Shown: positions 28,301 to 37,519 of the stretch, piece after piece
How positions within the stretch are numbered: position 1 is the first letter of the stretch
Layout of the letters: the number at the start of each line of letters is the position of its first letter
Source: Flavobacteriales bacterium
GTDB lineage: Bacteria > Bacteroidota > Bacteroidia > M30B66
Length of the DNA stretch: 64,000 bases
Direction: 5' to 3'
Assembly (NCBI GenBank): GCA_040403315.1
Contig: JBBAKX010000004.1
Coordinates: 159,658-223,657, forward strand
Notes under the pieces: generated by a model
What the model was told of the DNA's origin: nothing
The model's input: the letters and a program-made list of their open reading frames with translations, nothing else
Databases searched by the model: none
Translations under genes and position numbers: made by a program

Positions 28301-30487
28301 GGTGTAATCGTTTCGGGCAGCGGACCAGGACCAATTCAGGTTTACTGGGAAACGCCTGGACCAAAAAACATCCGTTTGATCGTTGAAGAGGATGGTTGCG
28401 AATCGATTGAAGAGGTAAATATTGTTAACGTAAATCCTATTCCGCAAAACTCATTCACGGCCACCAGTCCAGTGTGCATCGGCGAACCATCTATTGTTTC
28501 GTACACTGGAAATGCACTTCCAAATGCCAATTACACATGGAATTTCGGCGATGGAATTGTGCAATCGGGCGCTGGTGATGGACCATTTGAGATCATCTGG
28601 CAAACCGAAGGCTTAAAAACCATCACCCTCGACTTGAGTCAGTTTGGATGCCCTGCTCCACAAACAACACAAACGGTTCAAGTAAATCCAATCCCAGATT
28701 CACCGTTTACGGTAGATGACAGGGTTTGCGTTGGAAGTCCATCTTCAATAACCTACACAGGAACGGCATCTTTACTTGGAACTTACAATTGGAATTTCGA
28801 CGGTGGAATCATCGTTTCTGGCTCAGGCGCTGGACCATTCGAAGTGATGTGGAACACACCCGGCATGAAAAACATCACACTATCAGTGGTCGAAAACGGC
28901 TGTCCATCACCACCATCAGTTCAACAAATTGAAGTAATTCCATATCCAACTTCCGATTTTATAGCCAATCCACTCACGTGTGAAGGATATACTACCACGG
29001 TAACATTCACCGGCACAGCCATGAATGAGGCTACATACGATTGGAATTTCGATGGAGCTACCGTACTGGCTGGAACTGGCGCAGGACCTTACTCAGTTAC
29101 TTGGCCTGTGGAAGGAACCAAAACACTCACATTAACGGTGAATCAATTCGGTTGTCAATCGCCCGAAAGTCAAGTGGTATTAGATGTTTCACCAACTCCA
29201 GAATCTTTTGCCGGCGACGACAGAATTATCTGCCCTGGCGAAACCATTCAAATTGGAGGTATCTCGGTAAACGGCTACGATTATTTATGGACTCCTTCAA
29301 CAGGTTTATCAAATCCTACGCTGTCCAATCCGAACCTAGTGCTCGAAAACATGAGCAATGAGCTTCAAGCTTTTGAATACATCCTAGCTACAACCTTGGG
29401 CAATTGCACAGCTTACGACACCATGAATGTGATGGTACAACCGATGCCACAAATTGCTTGGGATGCACCAGATGGCCAATGTTTCAGCGGCAATTCCTTC
29501 GACTTCAACATTACAGGAAATTACTCCTCTAGTGCAGCATTCACTTGGGATTTCGGACAGTTTGCGAACCCTCAAAATTCAAACAACGAAAACCCATCTG
29601 GAATTGAGTTTTTGACCACCGGCGTTCATGTGATTACTGTTTCTGCTAGCGATTGGGGCTGTAGCAGCCCGACATATACCGATTCAATAGAAATTTTCGA
29701 AATGCCGGTTGCGAATTTCTCCGGTTCAAACTTGGAAGGTTGTCCGCCGTTAACAGGCGAATTCATCAATCTATCAGCCGACTTAGGAAATCAAACCTAC
29801 AATTGGAACATGGGCGATGGTTTCAATTACAGCGACTATGTGCCGAACCACAGTTATGAAACATCAGGAAATTACTCAGTTACCTTAACAGTAACAACCG
29901 AAAATGGCTGTTCGGCACAATACGAAGCGCACTCAATAGTGAATATTTATCCCGTGCCACAAGCAGGTTTCGATGTAAATCCAGATGTTTTAACAACAGC
30001 GCAACCATTGGCAACCTTCCTCGATAGATCGGCAGGTTCGATCACTTGGGAGTATGATCTTGGAGATGGAAACGTTTCTTACGAGCGGAATTTCCAGCAC
30101 AACTATTATGTTCCTGGAGAATACTCACTCCGCCAGAAAGTTACCAATCAATACGGTTGTGTAGATTACGCTTTCAAAACACTGAAAGTGGAGCCAGTGA
30201 TGACCTTTTATATTCCGAATGCCTTTACACCAGATGGGGATGGGACAAACGAAATATTCAAATGTTCTGGTTTGAATATCCAAGAATTCCGCATGGAAAT
30301 TTACAACCGCTGGGGAGAACTTGTTTTTGAATCGAACGACATCGACTTGGGTTGGAATGGAAAACTTTTCAACGAAGGAGATCGTCCAGTTTCACAAATG
30401 GATGTTTATGCGGTTGTGGTGTATGTGCGCGACAATCTTGAATTACCTCCACGACGAATTGATCACCGTGTTACCTTGGTGAGATAA
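25319..30487 (+). CDS. giant T9SS type-B CTD surface protein (conserved N-terminal domain, about 18 Ig/PKD-like repeats, gliding-motility-associated C-terminal domain)
   Basis: The signal peptide starts at the internal Met of MSRIGKWLCTVALILLGMHTSWAQ; the track ORF begins at 25235. The N-domain is shared with the 31181 paralog. The C-terminus (YIPNAFTPDGDGTNEIF...IYNRWGELVFES...GWNG...LVR) is a type-B CTD. Confidence 0.8.
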   Translation: MSRIGKWLCTVALILLGMHTSWAQLTTTGNTTVSANALVNNIIGTGVTFSNATYTGRVVAVGTFNGVSSNIGLPSGVIITSGHINVAPGPNSNGGATFSNNGPNIPELETLAQSTTFDGAILEFDFIPQSNFVSFRYVFASEEYNEYVCSEFNDAFAFFINGPGITGTENLAVVPSTTTPVTINTINNGSVGSLGSITNSPCVLTNSGYFVGNASNTVQYDGFTTVLTAQRTVIPCQTYHIRMMIADGADDIFDSAVFLEENSFSSDVFAVDVSTFFNDSTIYEGCTSADITFSRPDPDPNPLTIIYSVNGSATMGTDYTPLSGSATIPAGQTSTTVTVNGFADGVNEGTETIILNANTPCGTIPQIIFLREKPPLTVIAPNNAICSGQGPVTLTATPQGGIPPYSYSWDNGSTSNTISVNPSTTTAYTVIVTDFCGTTSMAQPIVNIADIPTASISAPPFICSGVQIPVSYTGTASPSATYNWDFDNPSTVSSGSDQGPYQVSWDSAGIKTISLQVIENGCASNTVTTQVLVNPTPTADFVIDPIACAGQNTTVTYTGTGTDAGGYGWGFPGGVIITGGRRGPFEIRWDSVGVYGVTLTVTENGCTSPGNEVFVNVQPTPTSDFSVETPVCIGEASTISYDGTASSTATYNWNFAGGTIQSGSGVGPYEIVWSTSGTKTIFLSVTEAGCTSNITSHQVVVNNIPQANFNVASPVCAGQPTTATYSGSANSNATYNWNFDSATVQAGSGQGPYTLQWNNPGNYNVTLTVSRNGCTSLPFSSPVTVYAIPTAPFTVESPVCVGEGSTIGYTGTLGSGSTFTWDFSGGLLLSGSGSGPYEVYWTTPGTKQITFSLTSPEGCPSPPNTIPVIVNPTPSSTFIAETPICLNETSTINYTGSGNPGAQYAWNFNGGIVMSGGGQGPYEILWQTPGIKTITVQVEENGCVSPPTQQQVNVKPLPTGYFTAVTPVCAFNTTTIVYSGNAQANAFFTWDFDNGVIVSGSGPGPIQVYWETPGPKNIRLIVEEDGCESIEEVNIVNVNPIPQNSFTATSPVCIGEPSIVSYTGNALPNANYTWNFGDGIVQSGAGDGPFEIIWQTEGLKTITLDLSQFGCPAPQTTQTVQVNPIPDSPFTVDDRVCVGSPSSITYTGTASLLGTYNWNFDGGIIVSGSGAGPFEVMWNTPGMKNITLSVVENGCPSPPSVQQIEVIPYPTSDFIANPLTCEGYTTTVTFTGTAMNEATYDWNFDGATVLAGTGAGPYSVTWPVEGTKTLTLTVNQFGCQSPESQVVLDVSPTPESFAGDDRIICPGETIQIGGISVNGYDYLWTPSTGLSNPTLSNPNLVLENMSNELQAFEYILATTLGNCTAYDTMNVMVQPMPQIAWDAPDGQCFSGNSFDFNITGNYSSSAAFTWDFGQFANPQNSNNENPSGIEFLTTGVHVITVSASDWGCSSPTYTDSIEIFEMPVANFSGSNLEGCPPLTGEFINLSADLGNQTYNWNMGDGFNYSDYVPNHSYETSGNYSVTLTVTTENGCSAQYEAHSIVNIYPVPQAGFDVNPDVLTTAQPLATFLDRSAGSITWEYDLGDGNVSYERNFQHNYYVPGEYSLRQKVTNQYGCVDYAFKTLKVEPVMTFYIPNAFTPDGDGTNEIFKCSGLNIQEFRMEIYNRWGELVFESNDIDLGWNGKLFNEGDRPVSQMDVYAVVVYVRDNLELPPRRIDHRVTLVR
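26660..29200. repeat. Intragenic tandem array of about 10 copies of an ~86-aa (~258-bp) Ig-like repeat
   Basis: Each unit carries P-T-P-T-x-x-F...PVC.G....YTG.A...ATYNWNF.GG.I.SGSG.GPYE..W.T.G.K.ITL.V.E.GC.S. Confidence 0.7.
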
Positions 30488-30493
30488 CGAAAA

Positions 30494-31114
30494 TCAATAG
30501 GCATTGTGGTCGCTTACAGAAGTAGTAACGACCAGATAATTTCCAAGGAATGCGATGGCCTGCAAGGTGAAAATCCAGTGCAGGCCATCTTTTTTTAAAT
30601 GGCAGGTCAGTGTATCATTTCCGGTTGTTTGAAAAGGTTCGAGCACCATTTCATCAGCGAAGTTCAGTCCGCGTTTGCCCCAGCTTTTGTAAACGGCTTC
30701 TTTGGCTCCCCAAATAAATTGCAAAGCCATTTGGCGGTCGGAACAATCATCCAAAAACTTTTGCTCTGATGGATGCAATAATCTAGGGACGGTCTTTTCG
30801 AGTGTAGGTCGGATTGTTTCTACATCGATGCCCGGTTCGTAATTTTTTGAGAGTACGATGGCCAAATATTCACGCGAGTGACTCAATGAAAACCCTATAG
30901 AACGATCTGCAAGCCAAGGCTTTCCAAATTGGTCGTACTGTATTTCACATGGGCTGTTCAAGCAAAATTCCAACATTTCGAGAATGAGCCTAGTGGTCTG
31001 AACCTTAATATCCGCAGCAGTTCCAGTGAATTTATCGAGCGATGCAACATAAACCTTGTTGGCTTCATCTTCGAAAAAGGTTTCAGGAAAAAACGTAGGC
31101 TTTTTTGCGTGCAT
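30494..31114 (-). CDS. Sfp-type 4'-phosphopantetheinyl transferase
   Basis: PPTase motifs IDVE and FIWGAKEAVYKSWG (W..KEA..K). Confidence 0.7.
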   Translation of the reverse strand: MHAKKPTFFPETFFEDEANKVYVASLDKFTGTAADIKVQTTRLILEMLEFCLNSPCEIQYDQFGKPWLADRSIGFSLSHSREYLAIVLSKNYEPGIDVETIRPTLEKTVPRLLHPSEQKFLDDCSDRQMALQFIWGAKEAVYKSWGKRGLNFADEMVLEPFQTTGNDTLTCHLKKDGLHWIFTLQAIAFLGNYLVVTTSVSDHNAY

Positions 31115-31155
31115 TGCGCTGCAAACTTAATTCCTGTTTTTGATTAATTTTTTAT

Positions 31156-31163
31156 TAAGTTTG
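31156..31163 (+). promoter_or_regulatory. Candidate Bacteroidetes -7 promoter element (TAAGTTTG)
   Basis: Matches the TAnnTTTG consensus, 18 nt upstream of the ATG at 31181. The upstream TTTG is spaced too closely for a canonical -33 element. Confidence 0.3.
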
Positions 31164-31180
31164 ACGGTTATTCTTCGATT

Positions 31181-34100
31181 ATGGGTAAAACATTTACCAG
31201 TTTCAGACGCTTTGCATCAATCCTCACAGGAATCGTGACTTTTTCAACGGTTGCTGTAGGTCAAACTATTGACAGCACGCTCACTCCAAATCAATATATC
31301 AATAACCTTGTAGGCTTAGGTGTTTCTTATGGAAGTGTTAACTTTCAAGGAGATGGTCAGTCGATTGGTTTTTTCTCCGGAGCTAGTGCAAATCTAGGAT
31401 TTGGCAGTGGTATTATCATGGCTACAGGCCCAGTTGCTGAGGCTGTTGATCCAGCTTTCTTTGGTCAATTAGATCAAACACAGGTACTCACCAATATGCC
31501 AGAACTCACTACATTGGTTCCTCCTACTTGCGGCTTTGGAGGTGCAAACGATGGCAGTATCTTAGAATTTACTTTCGTTCCGCAATCAACGCCTGTTTCA
31601 TTCAGATACATTTTCGCTTCCGATGAATACCCAAATTGGGTTTGTTCTCAATTTAACGATGCGTTTGCATTTTTGATTTCTGGGCCAGGCATTGTCGGCT
31701 CTCAAAACCTAGCACTTGTTCCTGGAACAAACGACCCTATCACCATTAGCACAATCAACAATGGAAATGTAGGTGGATCTGGAAGTGCTGCAAACGACCC
31801 TTGCATCTTAACCAATTCACAATACTTTAATAGTGCTCCTCCAGGCGATATCTACTACAATGGCTTTACGGAAGTGTTGACAGCAGTAGCGGATGTAATT
31901 CCTTGTTCAACCTATACGCTTAAACTTTTCCTTGCAGATTACTGCGATACAGGCTTATCTTCTGCTGTATTTTTGGAAGCCAATTCTTTTGGAGCTGCGC
32001 CAATTTCAATCTCACAAACCACACTCAATGGAGATTCAACTACCTACGAAGGCTGCGCTCCTGCTACTTTGATTTTTACCCGTTTGAATCCAGATCCATT
32101 TGATTACGTTTTCCCTTTCACTTTAACTGGAACAGCAATTCAGGGCGTAGATTACTTAGGCGTTCCGCCATTTGTAACCATTCCAGCTGGTCAAACTTCT
32201 GTGCAACTTACCTTACAAGCTGTTACAGATGCGATTGTTGAGGGTGAGGAAACCATCGAATTGAGCTACGAAACTATTTGTGGTACGATTTCAACCACCG
32301 TTTTTATTACCGAACCGCCAACAGTTGCAGTAACTCCAGTGGCAACGCCTTCAATCTGCGAAGGTCTTGGTCCTGTAACGATTTCAGGAATTGCCACAAC
32401 TGGTGTTTCACCTTTCACTTACACTTGGTCTAACGGTTTACCCAATGGCAGCAGTGCTAGTGTAAATCCGCTAGTAACAACTACCTATACACTTACAGCG
32501 ACCGATTTTTGCGGAAACACTGCCAGTACTAACCTAACGGTAAATGTTGCCAATACGCCTGACGTTCCAACTGTACTTCCTACAAATCCAATTTGTGAGA
32601 ACGAAGACTTCACACTTACTGCAACTACTTCATCAACAACTGCTTTGTTGAACTGGAGTGGTCCAAATGGGTTTACCCAAATTGATGGAATCGGATTGGT
32701 AAATCTTACAAATGCTACAATTGCCAATAGTGGCGCCTACAGTGTTTTTGCATCTGAATTTGGATGCAACTCAGCGCCTGTTGTTGTAAACCAATTGGTT
32801 AACCCTAGACCAGTATTGAGTAATCCTACAGCAACCACACCTGCTTGTGAAGGCAGTCCGCTCAACATTTCAACCTTGGTTACACCGCTAACCGCAACAG
32901 TTACTTGGACATTCCCCGACAATACCACAGCTACAGGTGCTTCATTAAACTATGCAGCTGCTGCTCTGAGTCAATCAGGCACATATGGAGCCACCGCAAC
33001 CCTGAACGGATGCAATGCATTGGTTCCAGTAGGTGTTGTAGTTCAGGTGAACGATACGCCTGATGCACCAACGGTTACATTCAATTCGCCGGTTTGTGCA
33101 GGATTCGACCTCAACTTATCTACCACCGTAACTGCTGACAGTTACGAATGGACTGGCCCAGGCTTTTGGACCTCAACTTTACAAAATCCAGTAAGAGCCT
33201 CCATGACCGCTGCAGGTGCAGGAGCTTACAGTCTTACAGTTACAACGAACAACTGCGAAAGTCCAGCAACAGCAGTAACTGTTCAAGTGATTGATGCATC
33301 TTTCCTTCCACAAATTGTTTCAAACTCGCCAGTTTGTCAAGGAACCGAACTTGATTTTAGTACCCCAATTGTTAATGGTGCTCAATATTTCTGGTCAGGT
33401 CCAGGTGGTTTTACGAGCAACTCAATCGACTTCTCTCAAGACAATGTAGATCTCACAGAAGAAGGGAATTATAGTTTGTATTTAGTAATTGGTCAGTGTA
33501 CGACTGCAACGAATACTTTCAGTGCTGAGGTAGTTCCAATTCCGCTTACCAATGCAGGTCTCGACAATGCAACCTGTTCGATGCAACCTTTGCAAATTGG
33601 ATCGCCAGCATTGCCGGGTCACACTTACAGTTGGACACCAACTTTGGGATTGAATTTTAGTACAGTTTCAAACCCAATCATAACGATTTCGAATATCGGC
33701 GACGGTCCGGTAACTTATCCGTTCATCTTAACAACCACTTCCGATGGATGCTCGGGCTTAGACACCATTTTTGTTGAAGTGAATCCTCAGCCAGTTGCAT
33801 CTTTTGAAACACCAGCTCCACAATGTTTCGAAGGCCATTCATTTAATTTTGTAGCTCAAGGTATTTACAACAGTCCAAATCCTAGAATCATTTGGGATTT
33901 CGGCCCAGGCGCATTGCCTGATTCATCTTCAGAAATGAATCCACAAAATGTTATCTTCCCATCTACAGGATTGCACATGGTTAGGCTTTCAATCATCGAC
34001 AATGGCTGCGTGAGTAACACCTACATGTCGCCCGTAAATGTTTGGAACATGCCAGTGGCAAACTTCACCCCTGATTTGGTGGAAACATGCGAGCCTAGTT

Positions 34101-34825
34101 TGGTTAATTTCACTGATTTATCAGAAGACGAATCTCCGTATAGTTGGAGTTGGGATTTTGGAAACGGACGTTTTAGCAACGAACAAAATCCTACGGTTTT
34201 GTACCGCGAAGCTGGCATGTATACAGTTTCGTTACTGGTTACCAACTTAAATGGTTGTTCAAATACCTACACCGTTAATTCGTTGATCACTGTAAATCCT
34301 TCGCCACAGTCAGCCTTTAATCTTTATCCGGGCAACATCCTCACAATTTCGGATCCGACTGTAGAGATTTCCGATCTATCGAACAATGCAAGTGAGTGTC
34401 TCTATACCGTTGGTACAGATTCGCTTTTCTTGTTTAACACATATTATACGTTCCCCGATTCGGGCAATTATGAAATCGTTCAATTCCTTTCGAATGAATT
34501 TGGATGCACCGATACTTCTTTACAATTGGTTCGGGTAGACATTGGGTACAAAGTATACATCCCAGGAGCATTTACGCCTAACGAAGATGGGAACAATGAT
34601 GTTTTCAAAATTTACGGTGAAGACATTGCAACAGCTGAAATCAAGATTTTCAACCGTTGGGGAGAATTACTTTACACGTCATTCGACCCAGAAAATGGTT
34701 GGGATGGAAAAACCAAACTAGGCGACAAAGTTGTTCCTGGAGGCGTTTACCTTTACTCAATTGATTTGTTCGACCGATTCGGCAATAAATATGATTACGA
34801 CGGAACCATTCAGGTTCTGAGATAA
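31181..34825 (+). CDS. giant T9SS type-B CTD surface protein, paralog of 25319..30487
   Basis: Signal peptide. Shared N-domain (ILEFTFVPQS.PVSFRYIFASDEY...CSQFNDAFAF). About 5 SprB/Ig-like repeats (GPNGFT...NP). C-terminal type-B CTD ending in LR. Confidence 0.8.
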   Translation: MGKTFTSFRRFASILTGIVTFSTVAVGQTIDSTLTPNQYINNLVGLGVSYGSVNFQGDGQSIGFFSGASANLGFGSGIIMATGPVAEAVDPAFFGQLDQTQVLTNMPELTTLVPPTCGFGGANDGSILEFTFVPQSTPVSFRYIFASDEYPNWVCSQFNDAFAFLISGPGIVGSQNLALVPGTNDPITISTINNGNVGGSGSAANDPCILTNSQYFNSAPPGDIYYNGFTEVLTAVADVIPCSTYTLKLFLADYCDTGLSSAVFLEANSFGAAPISISQTTLNGDSTTYEGCAPATLIFTRLNPDPFDYVFPFTLTGTAIQGVDYLGVPPFVTIPAGQTSVQLTLQAVTDAIVEGEETIELSYETICGTISTTVFITEPPTVAVTPVATPSICEGLGPVTISGIATTGVSPFTYTWSNGLPNGSSASVNPLVTTTYTLTATDFCGNTASTNLTVNVANTPDVPTVLPTNPICENEDFTLTATTSSTTALLNWSGPNGFTQIDGIGLVNLTNATIANSGAYSVFASEFGCNSAPVVVNQLVNPRPVLSNPTATTPACEGSPLNISTLVTPLTATVTWTFPDNTTATGASLNYAAAALSQSGTYGATATLNGCNALVPVGVVVQVNDTPDAPTVTFNSPVCAGFDLNLSTTVTADSYEWTGPGFWTSTLQNPVRASMTAAGAGAYSLTVTTNNCESPATAVTVQVIDASFLPQIVSNSPVCQGTELDFSTPIVNGAQYFWSGPGGFTSNSIDFSQDNVDLTEEGNYSLYLVIGQCTTATNTFSAEVVPIPLTNAGLDNATCSMQPLQIGSPALPGHTYSWTPTLGLNFSTVSNPIITISNIGDGPVTYPFILTTTSDGCSGLDTIFVEVNPQPVASFETPAPQCFEGHSFNFVAQGIYNSPNPRIIWDFGPGALPDSSSEMNPQNVIFPSTGLHMVRLSIIDNGCVSNTYMSPVNVWNMPVANFTPDLVETCEPSLVNFTDLSEDESPYSWSWDFGNGRFSNEQNPTVLYREAGMYTVSLLVTNLNGCSNTYTVNSLITVNPSPQSAFNLYPGNILTISDPTVEISDLSNNASECLYTVGTDSLFLFNTYYTFPDSGNYEIVQFLSNEFGCTDTSLQLVRVDIGYKVYIPGAFTPNEDGNNDVFKIYGEDIATAEIKIFNRWGELLYTSFDPENGWDGKTKLGDKVVPGGVYLYSIDLFDRFGNKYDYDGTIQVLR

Positions 34826-34833
34826 GTGTTCAA

Positions 34834-35604
34834 CTACAATTCTCCTTCTTTGGGAGAAGTCGTTGATTGATGATTGTTAACAAACGCCTTCAGATTGCTG
34901 AGGGCGTTTTCTTTTTGGAATAAATAAGCCGAAACAATTCCTGATACGCCGGTTTCATTTAACAAACGCAAATAATCTTCATCTTCTGTAAAACCAGCCG
35001 AGGCAAGCACAGGCAAATATGTTGAAGCAGTTAGCTTACTGAAAATATCAAAAATCATTTCATGATCACCACGGGTAATCGCAGAAACAAGCACTTCGCT
35101 TCCGCCCCGATTTTCAATCATATTCATCCAATTCACTAAATCAATTTCAGTGCGCGATTTTCCACCGCTGAGATACACCTTCCAAGTTCCAAAAGTATGG
35201 CGTGTATCCACTGCTACAAGAAGCGATTGCTTACCGTAATTGGTAGTAATTTTATTAATCAATTCTGGATTTCGAACCGCTGCCGAATTCACATAAACCC
35301 TCGGCGCACCATATTTTAAAAGATCCTCAACGTCGTTTACTGTGTGTACACCGCCGCCAAAAATAAATGGAACTTTGAGGTTTTTTTTCAAGTCCTTTAT
35401 AAAGCGTGGGAGATTTCTTCTTCTTTCAGAAATTGAAGTTACATCCATCAAAATAATCTCATCGGCACCTTGAGATTCGTAAATCAAGGCCAGCTCCATC
35501 GCTTGGTTGTAATCCTTTACATGTCGAGTATCGGCTGTAGTAGCTTGACCATCAGCTGTATAAATACTAGGGATAATTTTCTTGATGCCTGTCGTTTCCA
35601 TCAT
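34834..35604 (-). CDS. HisF-family (beta/alpha)8-barrel protein, orphan (no his operon or hisH nearby)
   Basis: Aligns with the HisF cyclase subunit: KKIIPSIY / GADEIILMDVTS / PFIFGGGV / LLVAVDT / LASAGF. The start was chosen at MMETTG; the track ORF extends to 35637. Confidence 0.55.
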   Translation of the reverse strand: MMETTGIKKIIPSIYTADGQATTADTRHVKDYNQAMELALIYESQGADEIILMDVTSISERRRNLPRFIKDLKKNLKVPFIFGGGVHTVNDVEDLLKYGAPRVYVNSAAVRNPELINKITTNYGKQSLLVAVDTRHTFGTWKVYLSGGKSRTEIDLVNWMNMIENRGGSEVLVSAITRGDHEMIFDIFSKLTASTYLPVLASAGFTEDEDYLRLLNETGVSGIVSAYLFQKENALSNLKAFVNNHQSTTSPKEGEL

Positions 35605-35716
35605 AGGTTTCCAAAAATAACGTATTTGTTGCCTCAATGCACTTTTAGAGTCAGTTCATGTGAATTCCTGTATTGAAATCAATTGTATTACTTTAGCGAA
35701 ATCAACCTTTTCATTC

Positions 35717-37423
35717 ATGGCCCAATCTGGCAAACACCCTAAAGGACTACCGTATTTATTCTTCACCGAGATGTGGGAACGATTTGGATACTATCTCATG
35801 TTGGGCATTTTCGTGCTTTACATGATTGATGTTGAAAAGGGTGGGCTTTCGATTGCCGATAAGGTTTCATACGACATCTTTGGTACTTTCATCGCCATAA
35901 CCTATTTAACACCGTTTTTGGGAGGTTTCCTGGCGGATAAAAAACTGGGTTATATTTCTAGTGTGTACATTGGAGGCAGCTTGATGGGACTTGGTTACAT
36001 GGGCTTAGGCATCCCAGGATTGGAAGCTTTTGGGATAAATCTCAGTGAAGAATTCATCATGACATCCTTTTGGATTTCGATGTTTTTGATTGTAGTAGGA
36101 AACGGATTCTTCAAGCCGAGTATTTCAACTATTCTAGGTAATCTTTATTCAACACCTGAATTCAAAGAGAAGAAAGATTGGGGCTACAACTTATTCTATA
36201 TGGGCATCAACATCGGAGCCTTCCTCGGACCGATCTTCGCTGCTTTCATGCGAAACAAATACAATTGGTCGGCATCCTTCCTCACTGCAGGAATCGGGAT
36301 GTTTGTTGGATTGATTGTTTTCACTATTGGTCTTAAACACATCCGCCCCGGCGAAAGGAAACCCGAAGAAGCTACAGCTGGAGATAACAAAGACAGCAGT
36401 CTCGCCCAAGTACTTACCTATGTTTTCCTCCCTGCAATTGGGGCTGGTTTGTTAGGCTGGTTCTTACCTACATCTCTTTTGGGTGGCACATTGATGGATT
36501 CAAAAAGTACAGATGCATTTCTATTCGCGTCAGTTCCTGTGATAATCTTCTATGTTTCACTTTGGGTGCGTGCAAGAGAAGGAGAAAAGCGTCCGATTGC
36601 AGCATTGCTCGCCATTTTCGCGGTAAGTGTAGTGTTCTGGGCAGTATTCAAACAAAATGGAACAGCCCTCACCAATTGGGGAAAATACTACACCGATCGT
36701 GAAGTTCCGGCCGCAGTTGAAGGCCTTTCTAGGTCGCTTTATCAAGTGGAAACCATGAAAACCAAGCCCGATTCAGTTACCAAATTTGATGATCAATATA
36801 GAGCGATCAAAGAAAATGGCAGTCCGGTGAAGATCTTTGGTCAAAACGCATATTTCAGAAACTTGCCTCCTGAGAAAATCCCACAAGATGGAAAGCCAGT
36901 GTATTTGATTAGTACTGAGCTATTTCAGTCGATCAATCCACTTTGGGTGGTGTTCCTTACCCCTTTAGTGATTGCTGCTTTTGCGTGGTTGCGACGAAGA
37001 AAAAAAGAGCCAACTACTCCAGGAAAAATCGCGATTGGTTTAGTGATTTCGGCACTTTCGACCTTGGTGATGGTTTGGGGTGTTTACGCAAGCAGCAACG
37101 GAGAGATGAAAGTTTCACCTCTTTGGCTTGTAGGCTGTTATGGCGTAATCACGGTTGGTGAGCTCTGTCTGAGTCCGATGGGCCTCTCGTTGGTGAGCAA
37201 ATTGAGTCCGCCGCGATTTACCGCCCTTATGATGGGAGGTTTCTTTCTGAGTACTTCGATTGGAAACAAAATGAGTGGCGTACTTGCTGGTATGTGGTAC
37301 GGTTACGAAAACAAGGCGAACTTCTTTTTAGTCAATTGCCTTCTACTTTTAGCTGCTGGCTTCGCAGCATTTCTGATGCTCAAGTGGCTAAACAAAGTGA
37401 TGGAAGAGAAAGGATTGCGGTAA
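35717..37423 (+). CDS. POT/PTR2-family proton-dependent di/tripeptide transporter
   Basis: FTEMWERFGYY and PTR2 signature FKPSISTILGNLY. 12-14 TM. Start taken at the ATG of MAQSGKHP; the track uses an upstream GTG. Confidence 0.8.
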   Translation: MAQSGKHPKGLPYLFFTEMWERFGYYLMLGIFVLYMIDVEKGGLSIADKVSYDIFGTFIAITYLTPFLGGFLADKKLGYISSVYIGGSLMGLGYMGLGIPGLEAFGINLSEEFIMTSFWISMFLIVVGNGFFKPSISTILGNLYSTPEFKEKKDWGYNLFYMGINIGAFLGPIFAAFMRNKYNWSASFLTAGIGMFVGLIVFTIGLKHIRPGERKPEEATAGDNKDSSLAQVLTYVFLPAIGAGLLGWFLPTSLLGGTLMDSKSTDAFLFASVPVIIFYVSLWVRAREGEKRPIAALLAIFAVSVVFWAVFKQNGTALTNWGKYYTDREVPAAVEGLSRSLYQVETMKTKPDSVTKFDDQYRAIKENGSPVKIFGQNAYFRNLPPEKIPQDGKPVYLISTELFQSINPLWVVFLTPLVIAAFAWLRRRKKEPTTPGKIAIGLVISALSTLVMVWGVYASSNGEMKVSPLWLVGCYGVITVGELCLSPMGLSLVSKLSPPRFTALMMGGFFLSTSIGNKMSGVLAGMWYGYENKANFFLVNCLLLLAAGFAAFLMLKWLNKVMEEKGLR

Positions 37424-37519
37424 GCCCTCAAATTTCTTGCTTCTGTATAAATATTCAATTGGTTGATTGAATGGAGAGCTGCCTGCTAATTCTTACTTTT
37501 ACGGGCTAAAATCCAATTC

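Noticed and set aside
25300-29575. Numerous antisense ORFs (60-110 aa) inside the giant T9SS genes
   Set aside because: A consequence of long, repeat-rich, moderately GC-rich coding sequence. None has start or RBS context or motifs.
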